From a virus (Duplodnaviria > Caudoviricetes): a DNA stretch of 64,000 bases. Numbering within the stretch: position 1 is the stretch's first letter; every line of letters starts with the position of its first letter. Shown here piece by piece: positions 59,001 through 64,000 of the stretch. The stretch lies in the IMG/VR virus record IMGVR_UViG_3300036783_000183, positions 1-64,000 of that record; one strand, given 5' to 3'. Under the pieces are notes generated by a model, which worked only from the letters and a program-made list of their open reading frames with translations, had not been told where the DNA came from and did not search any database. A program made the position numbers and the translations under genes.

Positions 59001-59342
59001 CGCCTCGGTGGACAGCGCCCACAGGTTCCTCAGGCCGCGCTGGTCCTGCGCCAGCAGGACGAGGTGCCGGCCGCCGCGCAGCCGCGCCTGCGCCTCCTTG
59101 TCGCCCTTCTCCGGCCGGATGAGGCGGTCGGGCTGCCAGTATGTCTCCATCCCGAACAGCGCCTTGATGCCCGCCGCGTCGCAGGCCCGCTGGTGGTCCG
59201 GGTGCCCGGCGCAGGTGCCGTGGTCGGTGATGGCGGCGGCCGGGTTACCGTCCGCCGCCGCGCGGGCAGCGATCTCCTCGCAAGTCGATAGGCCGTCCAG
59301 GGCTGAATACTCGCTGTGAGTGTGAATATGACAATAAGTCAC
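56004..59342 (-). CDS. dnaE: DNA polymerase III alpha subunit (PHP + catalytic + OB fold)
   Basis: HIHTHSEYSALDG, AAITDHG, GPGRGSAAGS, PDFDLDF, GKHPAG, KLDFLTL; alternative start 59420. Confidence 0.95.
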   Translation of the reverse strand: MTYCHIHTHSEYSALDGLSTCEEIAARAAADGNPAAAITDHGTCAGHPDHQRACDAAGIKALFGMETYWQPDRLIRPEKGDKEAQARLRGGRHLVLLAQDQRGLRNLWALSTEAYVTGHYHRPRCDWELLERYGEGLIVTTACLGGIVSRPLLDGDYGAAAALLRRLHGIFPGRLYLEIQGNDIPEQVQLNKLLVMVAKQAGVPLLAASDSHYPSRAEKGLHKTWMALRTSSSNEDYWQIIHMQAEAEVRAKLAYLDPQDVDEAVRNSVLIAEQCEARIEGQTEPPVFGASSDEDSRVLLNLCRSALTGLPFRGGSAQDYQDRLDGEHRLVADKNLAGCYLVVNDVVQWCRSQSILVGPGRGSAAGSLMSHLLGITIADPLETGLLFSRFLTPGRTMLPDFDLDFPSSQRDKITGYVTHRYGAPNVVRVGTNMRYRSRSILNKLFTLKASELPPECFADAAEVSSIIDEAESHTAGLGVPWDELLETSTELEPYIARYRAVFDTAGRLVNRVHAYGKHPAGLVVSTGAPLAGAIPMRTASSDDPSLVSQYDFRDMEAQGQLKLDFLTLRTLDSIQGALDRIEERTGVRPDPTTWREEYQDPQVWEEIGTGHTLGMFQVETSLGQQTCRRMKPKGMAELADLTTLVRPGPRNSGMAESYLRRRRGKEPVSYPHERLREQLARRFGVMLYQEDILLACTLLAGYDDAEADAVRKVLGKKLTDKIQAAGAKFQDRCEANGLSRADAAALWATMAEFGKYAFNLAHAYSYSLLAYWTGWLKVHYPVEALASICSTLDDKDRIADFVIEARRLGVSVLGPDVNRHSRGFATEGISIRYGLDAIKGLGPAAMSHLIMSHPYESWKDFTARSGVNQGIVYALARAGALDSLVPSRRALVEYLDSERSGDLTRCVHKDEAFDGPRHLPCHFDWDSEPVPVRIGKRGQELKSERKPPPARCTRGCRNYTPPGPSPMDGMRVYSPGELWHQEHEIFGTWLSPDLFQILDKVTPDGRALAREIAGNWASLPPGSYLLPGVVARRKLAHTRTGRPMIWLTLATESSYIDIAVFSPRGEDEPDLLTAMRFLHDGTLVVATADRSRYKQDGIWKMSSRLQAIRRLG

Positions 59343-59612
59343 ACGGCCGCTCCCGCATAACGATGAATCGTAGACGGCTCGCTCGCGCCGCTCAGGAATC
59401 AGTGTGCTTGCGGCGGGCAACCACGCGCATCACCCGGACATGGTTACTCCGGCGGCGGCGGCTCGGCGACGGGCCGGGCCAGGCTGATGGCGGTCAGCAC
59501 TGTCCCGCCCGGCGCGACAAGGAACTTGCGGTACGCCGCTGCCCAGGTTTTTGCCTTTTCCATGGCGCCCTGCCCTTCTATCCTTCCCGGGGCAGGGCGC
59601 CATGGGGCCAGG

Positions 59613-60515
59613 TCAGGTGGGCTGCGTCGAGAAGGCCTCGGCCATCCGGGCCTTCATCGCCTCGGCCTCCTTGTCGTCGAGCTGGACCTCGCCGGCCTCG
59701 GCGGCAGCGGCGGCGCCCTCGGCGTCCTCGCCCTCGGCCTCGTCGTCCTTCCACGCCGGGTCGAAGAACCGGCCGTAGTACTCGGCGCTGGACTGGTCCA
59801 GGATCATCGCCTCGACCGACAGCTCCTTCAGCGCCAGCGCGTCGAGGTACTTCTGCCACGCCGGGGTGCCGGGCCGCAGGTCCGGGGTCTCCCGGCCGGC
59901 CGAGATGATGTAGTCGTTGTCCGTCCGCATGATGGAGAAGTCCCGGTCGCAGATCGTGCCGGTCATGTACCCGGCGGCCTTCAGCGGGGCCCAGAAGTTG
60001 GAGTAGGACTGGCTGGCGATGACGATCTTGGGGATCCGGTGGGTGGTGCCCTCCTTGTCCTTGAACTCCTCGATCACATCGCGGAAGGCGGCGAGCTTGC
60101 CGCCGTCCATGACCGGCTCGCGCATCACGAACAGGCCCCAGACCTGCGGGTTTGGCACCGCGACGGACTTCTTGAACTTGCCCATCACGTCCTTCATGTG
60201 CTCGTGGATGTAGCAGTGCCCGTAGCCCTCTTCGTACTGCTCGGTCGGCTTCCCGTCTTCCCAGAGCCGGAACGCGTCGGCGTTCTGGCAGACCGCGCTC
60301 ATCATCGAGGGCCACTTGTCGGCCTTGACGTTCTTCGGGGCCGGCTTGGTCGGCACGCCCATGTGCACGTCGATCGCGATGATGTCGTCCAGGTCGGACA
60401 GCGGCCGGACGTACTTGGTGTCCCCGGACTTGATGGACAGCCAGTCGGCGCGCCCGCCGGACGCGGCCTTGGCGGCGGCCTCAGCGCTCTCGGCGCCCTT
60501 GCTCCACTGTGGCAT
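59613..60515 (-). CDS. Single-stranded DNA-binding protein (gp32/gp2.5-like, probable)
   Basis: Position in replication block, aromatic-rich core, acidic C-terminal tail. Confidence 0.55.
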   Translation of the reverse strand: MPQWSKGAESAEAAAKAASGGRADWLSIKSGDTKYVRPLSDLDDIIAIDVHMGVPTKPAPKNVKADKWPSMMSAVCQNADAFRLWEDGKPTEQYEEGYGHCYIHEHMKDVMGKFKKSVAVPNPQVWGLFVMREPVMDGGKLAAFRDVIEEFKDKEGTTHRIPKIVIASQSYSNFWAPLKAAGYMTGTICDRDFSIMRTDNDYIISAGRETPDLRPGTPAWQKYLDALALKELSVEAMILDQSSAEYYGRFFDPAWKDDEAEGEDAEGAAAAAEAGEVQLDDKEAEAMKARMAEAFSTQPT

Positions 60516-61506
60516 GGGGGTCTCCTCGTCTGCGTAGCTCTGTAACGAGCCCCCACATATCTACGGCCGCTGCGGCCAGCTCAGGCGAGGGCTCGCCCTC
60601 TCCGAGCAACACTACTAGCGTTCCTTGATCGGGAGCAGGGGTTACCCGGAACGTCTGCGAATCACACAGCCCGACCGCGAACCGGGCCGTCACGCCCTTG
60701 TCACTGAACGCCCGGACCAGCAGCAGCTGCCAGGTCTCCAGCTGCTCCGAGCGGATCCCGAACGCGTCGAGCACGGCCGGCTCGCGGTACCACGTCCAGC
60801 GGTCCAGCCATCCGGCGGTCAGCTCCAGGATCCGGCCCGTTAGGGGAGGGAACAGGGACGGCGGCGTCATCTGCCCTGTTCGCTCCCCTCCGGGGCCGCC
60901 GGGATGGCTGACGGTGAACCCCCAGTCCCCCAGGACGCTCTCCGGGGTGACGTGGGCGAACCCCCGCGACGCCATCGCGGACGCTGCCATGTGCGCGGCC
61001 TTCTTGATCTGGTCCTGGACATCCTTGTCTTCGAGGAAGACGCCGCCCAGGGGCATCCGGTCGTACCGGGCCCGCACGCCGTCGTCGAGCAGCTGCTTAG
61101 CCGCGTAGACCAGGTGGGACTTCCCGGCGCCGATGGTGGCCTTCCGCTTCATCAGCGCGTCGCGGATCTGCCGCTTGGTGGCCGTCCAGCGCAGGCCGAG
61201 GCGCCGGTAGTAGCCGCAGACATCCCAGACGATCTCGGGGAAGCGGGCCAGCTCCTGGCAGCTGCTGGCGACGGCAGGGCCCCGGCCGACCGGGAGCAGC
61301 AGGCCATCCCGGGTGGGCAGCTCCTGGACCGCCGCGATCGCGGCGTACCGGTAGGAGGCGTTCTGGGTGCCGCTGGTCACGGTGGTAGCCGTCCACCGCC
61401 AGGACTCCTTAGCGTCCGGGTGGACGAAGATGGTGAAGGCGCCCTGGCCCAGGAACCGGCTGTAGTGCTTGATCTCCTCCGGGGTCAGGAAATCACTCGG
61501 CTCCAT
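60481..61506 (-). CDS. J-domain-like protein
   Basis: YYRRLGLRWTATKRQIRDAL..AAKQLLDDGVRARYD; no HPD motif. Confidence 0.5.
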   Translation of the reverse strand: MEPSDFLTPEEIKHYSRFLGQGAFTIFVHPDAKESWRWTATTVTSGTQNASYRYAAIAAVQELPTRDGLLLPVGRGPAVASSCQELARFPEIVWDVCGYYRRLGLRWTATKRQIRDALMKRKATIGAGKSHLVYAAKQLLDDGVRARYDRMPLGGVFLEDKDVQDQIKKAAHMAASAMASRGFAHVTPESVLGDWGFTVSHPGGPGGERTGQMTPPSLFPPLTGRILELTAGWLDRWTWYREPAVLDAFGIRSEQLETWQLLLVRAFSDKGVTARFAVGLCDSQTFRVTPAPDQGTLVVLLGEGEPSPELAAAAVDMWGLVTELRRRGDPHATVEQGRRER

Positions 61507-61636
61507 CAGCCTCGGTGGTCTCGTCCAGCAGGTCCTTCTCGTCCTCGGGCTCCCAGCCGGTGGCGGCGGTCTTGGTGATGCCCTGGTCTCCCTCGGTGCC
61601 GAGGACCTGGCCGGAGGCAGTCTTGCGGATGCTCAT
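61493..61636 (-). CDS. Small acidic protein
   Basis: 47 aa; GGAG RBS. Confidence 0.45.
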   Translation of the reverse strand: MSIRKTASGQVLGTEGDQGITKTAATGWEPEDEKDLLDETTEADGAE

Positions 61637-61893
61637 GGCGGTTCTCCAGGTGTCTGCTCCCCAGCAGCGTACGCGTCGGCTGTCTCCTCGCACCAGCCGT
61701 AGCCGCAGTGCAGGCAGCGCCGGCACAGATGCTCCCGGAGGATCCGGCTGTTGGGATCATCGGTCCAGCAGGGGGAGCCGACCACAGCGATCATGTGATG
61801 CAGCGCATCGATCTGCTCGGCCAAGCATTTCGGACAATTTCGATCGGGAGCATAGTTCAACAGGATCCCGGGCATGCCGAACGGCTGCGTCAT
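61633..61893 (-). CDS. Small Zn-binding protein
   Basis: CPKC..HLCRRCLHCGYGW. Confidence 0.55.
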   Translation of the reverse strand: MTQPFGMPGILLNYAPDRNCPKCLAEQIDALHHMIAVVGSPCWTDDPNSRILREHLCRRCLHCGYGWCEETADAYAAGEQTPGEPP

Positions 61894-61897
61894 CCCT

Positions 61898-62150
61898 CAC
61901 CTGCCAAACCTGACCATGCCGCGCCGAGCACAAACGTGCCGATCTGCGCCGTGCCTTACCCAGACTGCCAGGCCAAACCTCGCCACGTCCCGCCGCACTC
62001 CGCCTCGACTGCCTAGCCCCGCCTGAACGGACCCCGCCCGGACATGCCTCGCTAAGCAAAGCCTCGCCGCGCCAGGCCTCGACTGCCATGCCTCACCGCG
62101 CCCCACAGTGCCAGACCCCGCACTCCGCACCTCGCCGCGCTGCGCCGCGC
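61898..62150 (-). repeat. GGY-NN mini-array (about 4 units)
   Basis: Delimiters GACTGCC at 61963, 62007, 62081; spacings 44 (7 pentamers) and 74 (13 pentamers). Confidence 0.85.
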
Positions 62151-62177
62151 CTTCACGCTATAATCATAGCGTGAAGG
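62150..62177. other. 11-bp hairpin at the 5' end of the mini-array
   Basis: CCTTCACGCTA-TAATCA-TAGCGTGAAGG. Confidence 0.7.
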
Positions 62178-62180
62178 TCC

Positions 62181-62456
62181 CCACGGCATCGCCCACGCCA
62201 GCCACGGCATTCCCCACGGCATAATTACGGGCTGACCTGCGGACCCACGGCACCACGCCATAATCGGCGATATTTTCCTGTGGCGCCGTCACTCTTCCCC
62301 CCTCAAAGTTGATTTATCAATAAATAATAAAAATTGAAGTCTGCTGTGGCAGCTCACAGAAAAAGGTTGCAGAAAATGCCGTGGTGCTGTGGGTGCCCAG
62401 CTCAGGGGCACTTTATGCCGTGGGGAATGGCGTGATTGCCGTGGGAAATGCCGTGG
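62181..62456. promoter_or_regulatory. Probable replication origin: inverted iteron clusters around an AT-rich core
   Basis: CCACGGCA at 62181, 62202, 62214, 62245; TGCCGTGG at 62377, 62416, 62437, 62449; AT-rich core ~62305-62340. Confidence 0.6.
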
Positions 62457-62462
62457 GGACGC

Positions 62463-64000
62463 TCATCCCTCCTCTTCTTCTGAGGCTACGTCGCGGATGA
62501 ACGAGGCGGTCACCAGGCGGGCCCTGATCTCGCGGCTGCCGGACGATGCCCAGCCCTTCTCGTACAAGATGCCGGATACCCCCATCGGCAGGTGCAGCTC
62601 GGTCATCTTCCGGCCCAGCCACGAGCTGCTCTTCGGCCACCACGACTCGGCCGTGGCCAGCCCGGCGAACTCGCTCAGCTGGTTGTAGAACGCCTCGGGC
62701 GTCCCGGTGAACTCGCCGCCAGGCTGCGCCTCCAGCCAGCGCCGCAGGAGCACGATCAGCGGGTCATCGGCCGCCGCGTGCAGCTGGATCTCCGCGCTGT
62801 GCTGGAGATACGCCGGATAGAGACCGAGCCCGTAAGCCAGGTCGCAGGCAAACAGGACTCTGCCGAAATCGGCCATCTCCGGCAGGTCATCCAGCTGCAC
62901 GCGCTCAGCGGCCTCCAGCTCGCGCAGCACGCCGGCCAGGAGCAGGAACACAGCACCCAGGACCCTGCTCTTGATGAGGTCGTACCGCTGCCACAGCATG
63001 GAGGCATCAGGATGCTGATCAGTAGCCGGCAGATCCAGGTGCAGGACCCGGCGCAGCGCATCGGGCTTCAGCCCGGCCGGGAGCACCAGGCTGGTCGCCA
63101 GCCCCATCCGTTTGTATTCAAACGACAGCAACGTGGCGTCTGAATGTAGCTTCCGGACGTTCTCGACTGTACCCGTGTGCAGTCGGCACCACCAGTCGCT
63201 CAGGTCCTGGCTCAGCGTCGTGATGTTGTCCTGGGAGACAACGTACTCGTGCACCGCCCTGGTCCGAGCGTCACGCTCGTCCCGCTTGAGGTTCAGCCGC
63301 GAACCCAGCTGGGCGGCCGGGTCGACCAGGCCGAGCAGCATCCGTCCTCTTGTCGTCTTTCCCGACCCGGATGGTCCGGAAATCCACCAGCCCGGCCGGT
63401 CCAGATTCGGGAAGTAAGCGCCGACCAAACCGCACAAGAGGACCAGCCACTGCTCCTCGGAGAGGTCCAGGAGGAACTTCATCTCCCCCAGGGCACCCCG
63501 GACATCTCCGGGATCCTCGGGCCGGACCTGAGGCAGCGCGCCGCCGCCGCGCCGGAACCACGGCTGGCCGTCCAGGGTGCGCGGATCCCGTACCGAGAAG
63601 CCGTCCCTGGTGATCAGGACGACCATGCCGGTGTCATCGGCCAGGTCGACGATGATCCGGGTCCTGCTGTCGCTGCAGCACCGGATGTGCTGGGTGACCG
63701 GCTTATTCCCGCTCGCGGAGGCGCGCAGGTGCGACAGGGTGTTCGAGAACGTGCCGTCAGGCGGGAAGATCGCGACGAAGGCGTCCTCGTCGTCGTCCTT
63801 CTTCGGCGGGGCATCCGGGTCAATCTTGCCGATGCTCTTCGAGACGTTCTCGTTCCAGGCCTCGGCCACGGTTCGCCACCACCTGCGCAGCGTGAGGCCC
63901 AGCTCGTCGCCGATGTCACCGACCAGAGGAGGCTCGGCCAGGTCCGTAGGGCGGCTGATGAACTCCCCGGTCGTCGACCGCCGCAGGTCGAACAACTGCT
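62463..64000 (-). CDS. P-loop ATPase (primase/helicase-associated), 5' end outside window
   Basis: WWISGPSGSGKTT Walker A, VVSQDNI Walker B; open to the window edge. Confidence 0.7.
   Translation of the reverse strand, partial: QLFDLRRSTTGEFISRPTDLAEPPLVGDIGDELGLTLRRWWRTVAEAWNENVSKSIGKIDPDAPPKKDDDEDAFVAIFPPDGTFSNTLSHLRASASGNKPVTQHIRCCSDSRTRIIVDLADDTGMVVLITRDGFSVRDPRTLDGQPWFRRGGGALPQVRPEDPGDVRGALGEMKFLLDLSEEQWLVLLCGLVGAYFPNLDRPGWWISGPSGSGKTTRGRMLLGLVDPAAQLGSRLNLKRDERDARTRAVHEYVVSQDNITTLSQDLSDWWCRLHTGTVENVRKLHSDATLLSFEYKRMGLATSLVLPAGLKPDALRRVLHLDLPATDQHPDASMLWQRYDLIKSRVLGAVFLLLAGVLRELEAAERVQLDDLPEMADFGRVLFACDLAYGLGLYPAYLQHSAEIQLHAAADDPLIVLLRRWLEAQPGGEFTGTPEAFYNQLSEFAGLATAESWWPKSSSWLGRKMTELHLPMGVSGILYEKGWASSGSREIRARLVTASFIRDVASEEEEG

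Noticed and set aside
56004-59342. Intein in DnaE or TerL
   Set aside because: Lengths are normal and no C/S..HN splice motifs or LAGLIDADG blocks are visible
1-64000. Integrase, att sites, IS elements, tRNA/rRNA genes, diversity-generating retroelement
   Set aside because: No recombinase, transposase or reverse transcriptase motifs and no tRNA/rRNA signatures seen in this window

Overview
A 64-kb stretch of a large, very GC-rich (actinobacterial-type) tailed phage genome; both terminal ORFs run off the window. The minus strand carries a replication/recombination block (ATPase/primase-helicase C-terminus, probable origin, SSB-like, DnaE, RecA, PD-(D/E)xK nucleases, RuvC), TerL, portal and four giant (1300-2000 aa) modular head-region proteins. 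Three of these are strings of ADP-ribosyltransferase-like and ParB-like domains with single NUDIX, nucleotidyltransferase and SWIM-like domains. Plus-strand cassettes of small early-type genes are driven by a repeated 18-bp promoter/operator (TAYCAAGGTTTATTGATA). The most striking element is a candidate RNA-guided system. A RAMP/Cas7-like gene (23215-24159) and a small partner gene (22743-23231) are followed directly by a 1.4-kb non-coding array of GGY-NN pentamers. The array is cut into units of about 5n+9 nt by a GGC(A/C)GTY delimiter. A second 2.4-kb array, two mini-arrays and solo units (one in-frame inside a giant CDS) lie elsewhere, all on the same strand. This matches, as I recall it, the recently reported VIPR (Viral Interference Programmable Repeat) architecture. 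No tRNA, rRNA or canonical CRISPR array was seen. All homology calls are by eye from motifs, not from database searches.
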